From the NCBI GenBank assembly GCA_040377855.1, contig JBEINY010000001.1, positions 6,814 through 70,813 of the forward strand: a stretch of DNA of 64,000 nucleotides. The letters are read 5' to 3'. Each line of letters begins with the position of its first letter. Position 1 is the first letter of the stretch. A program made the translations under genes and the position numbers. Shown here piece by piece: positions 26,693-36,437 of this stretch. The notes under the pieces are model-generated. The model was not told the DNA's origin, made no database searches, and saw only the letters and a program-made list of their open reading frames with translations. Source of the stretch: Prochloraceae cyanobacterium (GTDB lineage Bacteria > Cyanobacteriota > Cyanobacteriia > PCC-6307 > Cyanobiaceae).

Positions 26693-29600
26693 GGCGCACC
26701 CTCCCGCAGCAGGGCATCGAGGGCAAGAATCCGATCAAGGGGCGGACGCTCCAGCACCAGCCCGGGAATGGCCCCGCCGGCCCCAGTCATGGGCAGGGGC
26801 CCGGGCAAGCCCCGCAGGAATAGGTAGCCGTAACCGCCAAGATCGCGCTCGGGGATGTACCCCGGCAGGCGCCAGTTCAGGTAGCGATGCAGGGCCACCA
26901 GGTAAAGGTGAGCCTGCAGGGGGTAGTGGTGCTCGGCCATGGCACGCTCCAACGCCGCCTGGTGATAGTGGCGGGGTGCACAGGCCAACGGCTGGCCCTG
27001 GCCATCCCGTTCACCGATCCAATTGCTCTTCCAGTCGACCACCCACCAGCGGTCCTGGCCCTCGGGATCAGCAGCGCGAAACACCAGATCGATCGACCCG
27101 GTGAGGAAGCCACGGCTAGCCACCGGCAGGCCCTCCAGGCTGCTGGCGTAGGCAGCACCGAACGCTCCCCCGGGATGCTCCCGGAACACCTTGGCGAGGT
27201 CGCGGGCACGCACCAGCTGGCCGCTGGATGCCGCCAGGGGCAGATCGAAGGTCAGCTCCGCCAGCCGTTGAACAGGGCTGAGGCAGGCCAGGTGAAACGC
27301 CCCAAGCCCCCCGCCGAAGGGGGTCAGCCGCACCCGATCGAGGCCCTCCCCCACGGCGTTCACAAGATCGGACGCGACCCCGGCCCGTTGCAGTTCCCGT
27401 TCCACAACCCGACGGGTGTCGGGATGGTCGCCCGGGAGCTGGAAATCAATTCGCTCGAGGATGCGATGCAGGCAATCCCCTGCCGCCGCCCCCCTCGGGA
27501 ACGACGCCAGGGGACCATCCACCTGGAGCAGGGGAGGAAGCTCCGCCTCGCCGGCAGGCGGGCCATCAGGGTCCTCCTCAGCTGTCAGGGCGAGGGGGCC
27601 GACCTGGGCATCCCGATCCCGACCTTCCTCGAGGGCATCCGGTGCCGGCGCCGGTCCCTGACGATGGGTCCAGCCGCTGTAGCTGCTCCGTCCCCAGCTG
27701 CAATCCAGGGGCCAGGAGGGCACCGGTCCGCAGGCCAGCTCCGGCCGAGGATCCAACTCAGGCAGGGGGGAGGGGGCGGGGGGCTGCAACGCAGCCGCGG
27801 ACTCCTGGTCCGCAGCTGCTGGCAACAGGGTGAGCGTCAGATCGAGTTCCAGGCGCTGCGCACGAAGCTCCCGGCACCCGCGCCAGCCGGCCGAACCGTC
27901 GGCCACCTGCCCCTCGCTGCCCCGGCCGGGCCCATCACCGGCACCGACACAGGAGTCGGGGCCGAACAGCCAGGGCAGCAGAGGGTTGCAGTCGTGGCCA
28001 GCCACCTGGGCATAACAAAACACCAGCAGCACCTGGGCGCGGGTGGCTGCCACATAGGCCAGCCTCTCCCGTTCCTGCTCCTGGGCGTCAAGGTCCTGCT
28101 CAGCAGCCTGACGGCCGTGGCCCCAGTGGGCGGAAAAATGGAGATCGAGGCGGGGGCCTGCGGATCCAGGCGGCATCCAGCGAATGCCGAGGCCGCGGGA
28201 GCGCTGGCTGGGGGCCTGCCAAAGGTACGGGCAGATCACCACGGGATACTCCAGCCCCTTGCTGCGGTGGACCGTCACCACCGAGATCGCCTCATCGACG
28301 GCATCACTGTTGGGCTGGTGGGTGTCAGGCGGATCCAGGTCAGGATCCAGGCGCCGACGTCGCAACCAATCGGCCGCGGCCCGGGGGCCCAGGGTCTCGC
28401 CATGAATCCGCTCCTGCACCAGGGCGGCCGCCTGCTGCAGGTCGGCCAGCAACCGACCCCGCAGGGTGAGCCGGGCCAGGCCATCCATCTGCAGCATCTG
28501 GTTAAGGGCGCCCAGCAAGCCGAGGGACGCCAGCTGAGAGGCCAGCCCCCCCAGCCGTCCCGCCATGGCATTCCACTCGAGCGGGGTCGTGGCCGCAATC
28601 CGGGAGGCACTCCAGGCCAGCAGCGGAGAGGCGGCCAGGAGCCGCAACCGGTTGCCATCCCCCGGATCCGCCAGGACATCCAGGAACCGCTGCAATGCCG
28701 TGGCTCCCTCACTGGTGAGCACATCGCCCGTGCTCACCAGCCGGCTTGCCAGGCCCCGACGCTCAAGGGCCTGGCGCAGGGCATCGGCCTGCTGATGACG
28801 GCTCACCAACAGGCAGAGATCCCCAGGGCCAAGGCAACGGCCCTTGGACTCCAGGACAAGCCGACGGGCAAGCAAGCCATCCACCCAGCCCGCCAGGGCA
28901 TCGGGCAGGTCGGCCTCGATGCTGCTCAGGGAGGGCAGGGGGTCACCGGCAGCTCGCTCGGGCCCGAACCAGAGCAGCTGCAGGGGGGATTCACCGGCGG
29001 GAAGCCCCAGGCTGGGTCGGGAACCGGGGGCCTCGGGCGGAGGGCTCACGGCGGGGACCTCCAGGCGCGAGCGCCTCAGGCCCGGATCCATCAACCGGTT
29101 GAGCTGGCTGAGCAGGACAGCACTGCTGCGGAAATTGACATCCAGACCGACGATGGTGTCGCAAAGGGCGCGGGCGGCGCGGTAAGTGGCGAGATCGCCA
29201 CCGCGGAAGCGGTAGATGGCCTGCTTGGGATCACCCACCATCACCAGCAGGTGCTCCCCACCCTGGAAGAAGCTGCGCTTGAGGATGCGCCACTGGATCG
29301 GATCGGTGTCCTGGAATTCGTCGATCAGGGCCACCGCATAACGGCGACCGACGGCCTCCAGCAGGGCCTCGGCCTGGGGATTGGCTGGTGGATGCTCCCC
29401 ATCCCCGGGATCGAGGGCCTCGAGCAACTGGGAGAAGCCGATGCTGCCCCGCTGCTCCCGACGCCGGGCCAGCTCCGGCATCGCCCAGTGGCAGAAATGA
29501 AGGAGCAACCGCTCGGCGGGGCCATCGACCACATCGGCGACGGCCGCCATCAGGGCCGGGTCGGGCAGGGAGGGATCACCGCGATCCGGTTGTTCGATCG

Positions 29601-30678
29601 GGCGGGCCACCTTGCAGAAACCGCCGGGATGGAAATAGGTGCCCAGGAGCTTGTCCTGCTCCAGCACCGCTGCATAGCTGCCCTCAAGGGGTTGCTGGCT
29701 GAGCCACTGGCTGAGCAGGGCCTGGCGATCGCTGCGGGGGGCAGCGGCATAGGGTGCCGTCTCCTTGGCCGGTACCCCCTCCTGACGCCAGCGCTTCGCG
29801 ATCTGGCGAAGGCTTTGCTCGAGCGCCGCCCCCTGCTCCTGCCAGAGGGCCACGAACCGACGCCAGGGGGTCAGCCAGAGGGCCTCAAGCTGCTCCGCCA
29901 GGGGGCCATCGATTCGTAGCCCCTCGGGCAGGGGGTCGACCGTGAGGGCTGGATCGGCATCGAGGCTTCTGAGCACGTCGGCCAGACGGTCGGCGTTGAG
30001 GCCGCGCTTCTGCAGCCCCGCCAGCAGATGGGGCGGCAGCGAGAGCACCTGGCCATGCCAGTAGTCGTGACAGAGCTCCTGGCGCAGGGTGCCGGCATCG
30101 GTCTCAAGCCGGAGATCGGGGGCCTGGGCGGCCTCCAGGGCCTGGCGCTGCAGGGTGCGGCTGCAGAAGCCGTGGATCGTGGTGATATCGGCGCTATCGA
30201 GGTCCTCCAGGGCCAGCAGGAGCTGCCCCCGCAGCCGATCCCGCTGCTCCAGATCCTCGGGAAGACCAGCCAGCCAGCCAGCCAGGGCCGCATCAGGAGC
30301 GGTTGCCGGCCGATCGGAGTCGGAAGCGGCGACGGCGACGGCGACGGCGGTGGGGTCTGGCACGGGCAGCAGGGCTGGAGCGAGGCAGCGCAGTCCCTGC
30401 TGCAGGCGGCGGGCAATGCGATCGCGCAGTTCCGCAGCCGCCGCATTGGTGAAGGTCACCACCAGCAGCTGGCCCAAACGCAGATAGCCCCCCTGTCGTG
30501 GCTCGGTGATCAGCCGCAACACCAGATGGGCCAGGGCGAAGGTCTTGCCGGTGCCGGCGCTGGCCTCCAGCAGCCGCACCCCGGGCTCCAGGGGAAAGCG
30601 ATTGGCGTCGAAGGCTGGCAAGGGGCCTTCGGACACCTGCCCAGGAAGGGGCGCAAACCGATCAGGCATCGCGGTCAT
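26689..30678 (-). CDS. recB: exodeoxyribonuclease V beta subunit (UvrD-type helicase plus PD-(D/E)XK nuclease)
   Basis: 1329 aa. N-terminal EASAGTGKTFALAHL, helicase motifs (DEFQDTD, VTVHRSKGLEYPVV), and the C-terminal nuclease motif GSIDLVFR...WWVVDWKSN. Confidence 0.93.
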   Translation of the reverse strand: MTAMPDRFAPLPGQVSEGPLPAFDANRFPLEPGVRLLEASAGTGKTFALAHLVLRLITEPRQGGYLRLGQLLVVTFTNAAAAELRDRIARRLQQGLRCLAPALLPVPDPTAVAVAVAASDSDRPATAPDAALAGWLAGLPEDLEQRDRLRGQLLLALEDLDSADITTIHGFCSRTLQRQALEAAQAPDLRLETDAGTLRQELCHDYWHGQVLSLPPHLLAGLQKRGLNADRLADVLRSLDADPALTVDPLPEGLRIDGPLAEQLEALWLTPWRRFVALWQEQGAALEQSLRQIAKRWRQEGVPAKETAPYAAAPRSDRQALLSQWLSQQPLEGSYAAVLEQDKLLGTYFHPGGFCKVARPIEQPDRGDPSLPDPALMAAVADVVDGPAERLLLHFCHWAMPELARRREQRGSIGFSQLLEALDPGDGEHPPANPQAEALLEAVGRRYAVALIDEFQDTDPIQWRILKRSFFQGGEHLLVMVGDPKQAIYRFRGGDLATYRAARALCDTIVGLDVNFRSSAVLLSQLNRLMDPGLRRSRLEVPAVSPPPEAPGSRPSLGLPAGESPLQLLWFGPERAAGDPLPSLSSIEADLPDALAGWVDGLLARRLVLESKGRCLGPGDLCLLVSRHQQADALRQALERRGLASRLVSTGDVLTSEGATALQRFLDVLADPGDGNRLRLLAASPLLAWSASRIAATTPLEWNAMAGRLGGLASQLASLGLLGALNQMLQMDGLARLTLRGRLLADLQQAAALVQERIHGETLGPRAAADWLRRRRLDPDLDPPDTHQPNSDAVDEAISVVTVHRSKGLEYPVVICPYLWQAPSQRSRGLGIRWMPPGSAGPRLDLHFSAHWGHGRQAAEQDLDAQEQERERLAYVAATRAQVLLVFCYAQVAGHDCNPLLPWLFGPDSCVGAGDGPGRGSEGQVADGSAGWRGCRELRAQRLELDLTLTLLPAAADQESAAALQPPAPSPLPELDPRPELACGPVPSWPLDCSWGRSSYSGWTHRQGPAPAPDALEEGRDRDAQVGPLALTAEEDPDGPPAGEAELPPLLQVDGPLASFPRGAAAGDCLHRILERIDFQLPGDHPDTRRVVERELQRAGVASDLVNAVGEGLDRVRLTPFGGGLGAFHLACLSPVQRLAELTFDLPLAASSGQLVRARDLAKVFREHPGGAFGAAYASSLEGLPVASRGFLTGSIDLVFRAADPEGQDRWWVVDWKSNWIGERDGQGQPLACAPRHYHQAALERAMAEHHYPLQAHLYLVALHRYLNWRLPGYIPERDLGGYGYLFLRGLPGPLPMTGAGGAIPGLVLERPPLDRILALDALLREGAP

Positions 30679-33600
30679 CCCATCCAGGTGAGGTGATCCA
30701 GCAGGGGCCCGAACAGTTCCCTGGCCAAGGCCTGCCGCTGGTCATCGAACAACACCCGCCCCGGCAGGCTGCTGCCGAAACAAAGGGCGTGGGCCTCCTC
30801 CTCCCGTTCACCCCGGCCGAAAAAACCACCCTCCCAGGTCTGGATCGCCTTGGCCAGGCCGGTGCCTGCGCGGGTGTGTTCGTTCTGCGCGTAGGTCCAA
30901 CCGCTCCGGGGAGGCACCGGCCAGCACGTCGTGCGCCAGCACGCGAGCAAGGTCAGGAGTCGTTCCAGCTCAGCCTCGGCCAGGGCAGGCGGCGGCACCT
31001 GGATCGTGGCGCAGACAGTGAACTGATCGCCTTTGCGAGCCACCAGCGCCGCCTGCCCAGGGGGCTGACCGGCAGCCACCGCCAGCAGCAGCTGCAGCCA
31101 GAGCTCGAGGGCATGGCGTCCATGGGCCTGGGCTGTCTGCAGCAGCACCAGGGTGTCCCCCTGCCAGGGCAGGGCTGCTTCCAGGTGCCGCCAGCGGTGC
31201 TGTCGGGTCGAGGCCTCGGCGCCCAGGGCGATCAAGGAATCCTGCAGGCTCTGCCAGCGGCGTTGCAGCAGGGACGCCTCCAGCAGGGCGCCACTGCGGG
31301 CCGGCAACAGGCCACGGCCATGGCTGAGCTGAACCCAGGGGGCGCTGTCATCGACCCCATCAGCCACCTGGGGATCCTGGGAAGTCCAGACATCCGGCTC
31401 GGCGGTGAGCCGTTCCCGCAGCAGGGCACTGCGCTGGCGTTCATCAAGGGCCAAGGCTTCCAGATCCAGAACGGCGCGGCTCCATTCCCGCGGCCGAAGG
31501 CCGAGGGCGGCCAGCCAGTGTTCCTGGGGCGCCCGCAACCAGCGCAGCAGGTCGTCATAGGGGTCTGCCGGCGGCCCGATCGCCGCAGGGGCTTCGGAGG
31601 GCATCGCACCGAAGGCCAGCGGTGGTGCCTGCAGCGGTAGCCGCCCCCGAGCCGCCTGCTCCAGCTCGATCAGCCGGCGGGCGTGCAGCAGCCGTTGATC
31701 ACAACTGGGGGCCGGCCGCTCGCGCTGGGGGAGAAAGTTGCGGCGTTCGAGCGGATTGGCGGCATGGTCCACCAGCAGGCCCTCGGCCTGGCCCTTGCCC
31801 AGGCTGGACTCCAGCAGCTCCAGCCACTGGCGCACGGGGGTGGCCGGAGGGAGAGCATCCCCACTGCGGGGATCACGGTTGCTCCAGGTGATCAGCAGAT
31901 GGTCCCGGGCAGAGAGCAGGGCCTCCAGCAGCACGTACCGATCCTGATCGGCTGGCTGGGGATCGCCGAGTTGGCGGCTCTGGTCGATCAGATGGAAACC
32001 GGGGCGGGTCTGGCGCCGGGGGAAGACCTCGGCATCGAGCCCCATCAGCACCACCACCCGATGCGGAATCGCCCGCATCGGCTCCAGGGCACTGATCGTG
32101 AGGGAACCGCTGCGGTGGCCGAAGCGGCCGCTGTCGACCGCCAGTCGCTCCTGGAGCACAGCCGCGACCACCGGAGCCTCCAGCAGGGGCTCCGCTCCCT
32201 CCGCTGAGAGCAGCCACTCCTCGATCACCGCCAGCAGGGCCTGGCTCTCCCAGTCGCCCGTTTCAGGGTCGGGCCCGAGGGCTTCCAGAAGCCTGCGCAG
32301 CTCCGCACCCCAGCCCTGGCAGGTCCGGGGCTGGCGCAGCCGCCGGATCCACTGCCGCAGCCAGGTGAGCAGATGCAGAGCCCGGCCCCGGTCCTCAAGA
32401 CTGCCGGCCTGGGCGAAGGGGGCACAGCCACCGATCGCCCCGGGCGGTTGCTCCGGCAGCACCAGGCCCAGCAGCAGCCGATCCAGGGCCCAGCCAAAGC
32501 TGTGGGCGGGATCACCATCGCGATCGTCGGCATCGAGACCCCAGCGAAAACCACAGGCCTGAAGGGTTTCACTGATCCGCAGACCCGCTTCCCCCTCCAG
32601 CTGAAAGCGCCGCCTGAGGCTGGGACTGTCGAGCAGGGGCTCCAGCGCCGTCGCGGTGAGCCTCTCGCCGGAGAGGGTGAGGAGATGGAGGAGGGTCCGG
32701 GCCAGGCCGGCTTCCCCCTGCTGACTGCGATCGGTGAGGCGCCAGGGAAGGCTCACCCCCGTGGCCGCCCCATCCCCGAACACCGAGGCCAGCACGGAGG
32801 CAAAGCGGTCCACCTGGGGCGTCATCACCAGGATGTCGCGGGGGGCCAGGGTGGGATCGGCCTGGAGGAGCTGCAGCACCCGATCGCGCACCACCTGGGC
32901 CTGGCGCAGCAGACCGGAGCAGGCATGGAATTCGAGGGAGCTGTCGCCGGAGCCGCGGTCCAGCCGGGGCCAGGCCTCGGGATCCACCAGCTGCTGCTGC
33001 AGCTGGGCGAGCAGCGGTACCGGGCGGTCGGGATGGCGCTGGCGGGCCACGTCCGCCGCCGGGAAGAAGAGATCGTGCTCCTGCCAGCTGCCGAGGGTGG
33101 CCTCCCCGGTGCCCTCCAGAAGCTGCTGAAATTCCCCTCCCAGCCGACCGAACCGGGCCTCCAGGGGTGGAGCGCTCAAGAGCCACTCCAGGTCGAGGGG
33201 CTGGCGCAGGGCCAGGCTGTCCTGCAGCTGACGGCGGCGATCGACGCAGCGCTGCCAGAGATCCCGGCAAGGGGTGAGCAGGTAGAGCTCCACCGGCAGG
33301 GCTCCGGAGAGGGCCTGCAACAGCTGGATCTGCACCGGCGCCATGCTGCTGAGGCCAAACAGCCGCAAGGGAGCGGCGGCCTGGCGGGGGATGGTCGCCC
33401 CGGCCCGCAGCAGCTCCGTGGCCGCAAGCACCTTCAGGCCGAACGGCTGCACCGCCAGGCGAGCGGCTAGCCGCCGCAGCAGCAGGGGTTGCCAGCGCTG
33501 GGCGTGGGGCAGCGGGTGGCCGAAACCGTCGTGATCGTCGCCCCGCCACCAGGCCGCCACCATCGTGGGGCGGTAAAGGGTGTAGTCGTCGAGGGCATCG

Positions 33601-34019
33601 GCGATCGCCCGACCCAGCTGCCAGGTGGAACGATCGATCCGGCGGGTCGGGTCATGGCCATCGAGCCAGTGGCGCAACGCCGCCGCCTCGGGCTCCTGAC
33701 TGAAGGCCGGCAGCTCCTGCAGCACAGGCCAGACCAGATTCTGGGCTCGCCAGGGATCGGCGGCGGTGGCATCGTCCGAACCGTCCTCCCCGAGCAGTTG
33801 GTTGACGATGCTCCGCAACCGGGCGCCGGGGAAAGGAAAGCGCAGATGGCCCGCGATCCCGATGGTGAGGGCCAGCTGTTCGCCAAGCCAGCGGCTGGTG
33901 GGCCAGGTGTTGACCACCACGGCCACCTCTTCAAACGGATCCGGAGGTTCGAGGCCCAGGCGTTCCGCCAGGATCTGGGCCAGGAATTCGGCCCGATTGC
34001 TGCGATAGACCGTGAGCAC
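30675..34019 (-). CDS. recC: exodeoxyribonuclease V gamma subunit
   Basis: 1114 aa with an N-terminus MLTVYRSNRAEFLAQILAERL typical of RecC. The GTG start sits immediately after the upstream stop, and the recC stop overlaps the recB ATG (ATGA). Confidence 0.9.
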   Translation of the reverse strand: MLTVYRSNRAEFLAQILAERLGLEPPDPFEEVAVVVNTWPTSRWLGEQLALTIGIAGHLRFPFPGARLRSIVNQLLGEDGSDDATAADPWRAQNLVWPVLQELPAFSQEPEAAALRHWLDGHDPTRRIDRSTWQLGRAIADALDDYTLYRPTMVAAWWRGDDHDGFGHPLPHAQRWQPLLLRRLAARLAVQPFGLKVLAATELLRAGATIPRQAAAPLRLFGLSSMAPVQIQLLQALSGALPVELYLLTPCRDLWQRCVDRRRQLQDSLALRQPLDLEWLLSAPPLEARFGRLGGEFQQLLEGTGEATLGSWQEHDLFFPAADVARQRHPDRPVPLLAQLQQQLVDPEAWPRLDRGSGDSSLEFHACSGLLRQAQVVRDRVLQLLQADPTLAPRDILVMTPQVDRFASVLASVFGDGAATGVSLPWRLTDRSQQGEAGLARTLLHLLTLSGERLTATALEPLLDSPSLRRRFQLEGEAGLRISETLQACGFRWGLDADDRDGDPAHSFGWALDRLLLGLVLPEQPPGAIGGCAPFAQAGSLEDRGRALHLLTWLRQWIRRLRQPRTCQGWGAELRRLLEALGPDPETGDWESQALLAVIEEWLLSAEGAEPLLEAPVVAAVLQERLAVDSGRFGHRSGSLTISALEPMRAIPHRVVVLMGLDAEVFPRRQTRPGFHLIDQSRQLGDPQPADQDRYVLLEALLSARDHLLITWSNRDPRSGDALPPATPVRQWLELLESSLGKGQAEGLLVDHAANPLERRNFLPQRERPAPSCDQRLLHARRLIELEQAARGRLPLQAPPLAFGAMPSEAPAAIGPPADPYDDLLRWLRAPQEHWLAALGLRPREWSRAVLDLEALALDERQRSALLRERLTAEPDVWTSQDPQVADGVDDSAPWVQLSHGRGLLPARSGALLEASLLQRRWQSLQDSLIALGAEASTRQHRWRHLEAALPWQGDTLVLLQTAQAHGRHALELWLQLLLAVAAGQPPGQAALVARKGDQFTVCATIQVPPPALAEAELERLLTLLACWRTTCWPVPPRSGWTYAQNEHTRAGTGLAKAIQTWEGGFFGRGEREEEAHALCFGSSLPGRVLFDDQRQALARELFGPLLDHLTWMG

Positions 34020-34748
34020 TCAGGCCAGGCCGACCGTCTGCAGGGTCGGCCGAAAAACGGTGGGAGCGGGTTGTCGCTGTTGGGCCCCGGGCACCTGGCG
34101 TACCTCCCTGGTTTCCGGGCAGTAGGCCGTCAGGGGGCCGCCGTAGCAGGCGCCGGTGTCAACAATCACCACCGAGCCGTAGCGCCGAAGGGATTGGTCG
34201 GGAGTGTGGCCGACGATCACCTCCCCGAAGCGACCGTCGTAGCCACGCCAAAACGGTTGGCGGATGGTCAGATCCGGCAGCCAGGTGGTGAGGTCGAAGC
34301 CTGCATGGGTGGCGACCCAGCCATCTCCCCAGTAGGCCAGGGGGAGCTGCCGCAGGCGATCGAGCCAGGCCAAGCAGCCCTCTTCCCCGAGCTGACGCAG
34401 GGTTTCGACATAGGACAGCGAGAGCGCAGGCCGGGGCAGGCCCGAGCTGAGGGCCTGCAGCAACGCCCATTCGTGGTTACCCATCAACCAGGTGGCACGA
34501 CCCTGCTCCACCAGCTCCCAGACCCGTTCCATGGCCTGCTCGATGGCAGGGCCTCGGTTGATCACATCACCACAGAAGATCAGGTGATCGTCGGCAGGCA
34601 AACGGGCCAGCAGGGCCCCGAGGGAGGCCGCGCAACCATGGACATCCCCGATCACCCAGTGGCGCCGGGGGGAGATATGGGGAGCGACAAGGCTTGGACT
34701 GAGCGGAAGGCTGCCGGGGCAGGGTCTCTCAGTCGATTCGGACGTCAT
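34020..34748 (-). CDS. metallophosphoesterase (PPP-family Ser/Thr phosphatase / ApaH-like diadenosine tetraphosphatase family)
   Basis: PPP motifs are present: GDVHG (WVIGDVHGC), GDVINRG, GNHE. Length is 242 aa. Its stop codon abuts the recC start directly (TGA-GTG at 34017-34022). Confidence 0.85.
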   Translation of the reverse strand: MTSESTERPCPGSLPLSPSLVAPHISPRRHWVIGDVHGCAASLGALLARLPADDHLIFCGDVINRGPAIEQAMERVWELVEQGRATWLMGNHEWALLQALSSGLPRPALSLSYVETLRQLGEEGCLAWLDRLRQLPLAYWGDGWVATHAGFDLTTWLPDLTIRQPFWRGYDGRFGEVIVGHTPDQSLRRYGSVVIVDTGACYGGPLTAYCPETREVRQVPGAQQRQPAPTVFRPTLQTVGLA

Positions 34749-34920
34749 GGGGACGACGCATTGGAGTCATTCTGACGGTTGACAGGTCAATCGAGCCAAA
34801 CGTCGCCCGAACAACCTGACTCGATCGTCCCTTCGCCCAGGCCCCAGGAGCCTTCCCCTGGCCCCGAATAGACGGCACCGAACAGCACTGATACGGTTCG
34901 CACCACCCCTGACCCGCGGC

Positions 34921-35316
34921 ATGGACGCGAACGATCAGCCGTCCGGCAACCGCATCGCCGCCGAACGGCAAGACGCCGGCAGCACCGTCGATCCGAGGAG
35001 CCTGCCGGTGTCCCAGCGGATCAACCTGCTGGTACGCGCCCTGAATGGGGCTGAACGGACCAATGAAGCCCTGGCCCGATGCAGCGATGGGGAAGCGATG
35101 CTGGATGTGCTGCTCACGGCCTCATCAAAGCTCGGGCTGGGTCTGACCCGAGAGCAGCTGGCCAACACCCCGCCGATCCGCGACTGGGTGTGGTGGAAGA
35201 ACAAGGAGGCCCTGCTGACGATTGGCGACAACAAGCCGCGCTACCAGCAGGACGGCGGCCAGGGCCGAAGCGAAGCCTCCGGGCCCGGCCGCCGGCGGTT
35301 TTTCGGGCTCTTCTGA
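34921..35316 (+). CDS. hypothetical protein with a Nif11-like central segment
   Basis: 131 aa with an ATG start. RINLLVRALNGAERTNEALARCSDGEAMLDVLLTASSKLGLGLTREQL follows the Nif11 N-domain spacing. The tail is Trp-rich and basic (RDWVWWKNK...DGGQGRSEASGPGRRRFFGLF). Confidence 0.45.
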   Translation: MDANDQPSGNRIAAERQDAGSTVDPRSLPVSQRINLLVRALNGAERTNEALARCSDGEAMLDVLLTASSKLGLGLTREQLANTPPIRDWVWWKNKEALLTIGDNKPRYQQDGGQGRSEASGPGRRRFFGLF

Positions 35317-35335
35317 CGATCCCCCGATCGGGTCG

Positions 35336-35662
35336 TCAGCCCAGACTGGCGAGGGGATCGGCGAGGCCCAGCTCAGCCGGATCAAAGCTGCCGGTGGCCA
35401 CGAATTCGAGCCGAAGCTTCAGAAAGGTGATGAAGGTGGGATCGGTGGACAGCACCGCCGCCGCCGGCCTTGGCACCGCTGCTGCCCCTGAGACCAGGGC
35501 CGGAGCGTCCAGGAAGGCGGGACGTCGCACCAACCAGAAATCAATCGCCTTGCCCTGCTCGCCGTAATGGCGGGTGCGCTCCCGCAAGACCTCCTCAAGG
35601 GGTTCCTCTTCGGTGAGAAAGCGTTCGCTGGCGGCCACGAAGTGCAACGTGCTGGAGGTCAT
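35336..35662 (-). CDS. ycf54: Ycf54-like protein (DUF2488; Mg-protoporphyrin monomethyl ester cyclase accessory factor)
   Basis: [37 protein letters not shown] ... [15 protein letters not shown]......ADPLASL matches my memory of Synechocystis Slr1780/Ycf54 along its whole length. Confidence 0.75.
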   Translation of the reverse strand: MTSSTLHFVAASERFLTEEEPLEEVLRERTRHYGEQGKAIDFWLVRRPAFLDAPALVSGAAAVPRPAAAVLSTDPTFITFLKLRLEFVATGSFDPAELGLADPLASLG

Positions 35663-36408
35663 GGAGTGGTGCTGCCGAAAAGGGGATCGCGGCGGGGATT
35701 CTGGATCAGGGCCTTCATCTGGCGCACGGCCACCTCCAAACCGACGGCCAGGGCGCGGGCCACGATCGTGTGGCCGATGTTGAGCTCCTCGATGCCGGGG
35801 ATGGCCGCCACGGGCTCAACGTTCTGATAGGTGAGGCCATGGCCAGCGTTGACCCGCAGGCCGAGCTGGCGGGCGAAGGCCGTGCCCTCGATCAGGCGGG
35901 CCAGCTCCCGGGGTTGGTCGACGGCGGCGGCATCGGCGTACCGGCCGGTGTGCAACTCGATCCAACGGGCCCCGGTGCGAGCGCAAGCCTCCAACTGGGA
36001 TCGTTCCGCATCCACGAAGAGGCTGACCCCGATGCCCGCCTCCTGCAGGTGGTCGACGACCGCCTTGAGGGGGGCCTCCTGGCCGAGCACATCGAGCCCG
36101 CCCTCGGTGGTCACTTCCTGGCGGTTTTCGGGCACGAGGGTGACCATCGCCGGCTGGAGCCGCAGGGCAATCGCCTCCATGGCGGTGGTGGCCGCCATCT
36201 CAAGATTGAGGCGGCTGCGCACGGTCTGCCGCAGCAGGGCCACATCCCGCTCCTGGATGTGGCGACGATCCTCGCGCAGATGCACGGTGATGCCATCAGC
36301 ACCGCCGAGTTCCGCCAGCAAGGCATAGGTGACGGGATCCGGTTCCACGGTGCGCCGGGCCTGGCGCACCGTGGCGATGTGATCGAGGTTGACCCCAAGG
36401 CTGGCCAT
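35659..36408 (-). CDS. pdxJ: pyridoxine 5'-phosphate synthase
   Basis: [31 protein letters not shown] and the 249-aa length fit PdxJ. Its stop overlaps the ycf54 ATG (ATGA at 35659-35662). Confidence 0.95.
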   Translation of the reverse strand: MASLGVNLDHIATVRQARRTVEPDPVTYALLAELGGADGITVHLREDRRHIQERDVALLRQTVRSRLNLEMAATTAMEAIALRLQPAMVTLVPENRQEVTTEGGLDVLGQEAPLKAVVDHLQEAGIGVSLFVDAERSQLEACARTGARWIELHTGRYADAAAVDQPRELARLIEGTAFARQLGLRVNAGHGLTYQNVEPVAAIPGIEELNIGHTIVARALAVGLEVAVRQMKALIQNPRRDPLFGSTTP

Positions 36409-36437
36409 GGAGGAAAGCGGGCGCAGGGGTTGATCCT

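Noticed and set aside
26887-29919. A 1010-aa ORF on the plus strand, antisense to recB. Similar long antisense ORFs occur at 46435..47886, 47992..49563, 53011..54135, 54310..55902, 61143..62678, 587..1738, 12712..13785 and 5522..6574.
   Set aside because: These are shadow ORFs typical of high-GC DNA. Their translations are dominated by Arg, Gly, Pro, Ala and Gln with no recognisable motifs, whereas the opposite strand encodes proteins with clear family signatures along their full length.
34749-34920. A LexA/SOS-type operator upstream of the phosphoesterase-recCBD operon.
   Set aside because: I recognised no palindromic box of the cyanobacterial LexA type in the 172-bp divergent region.
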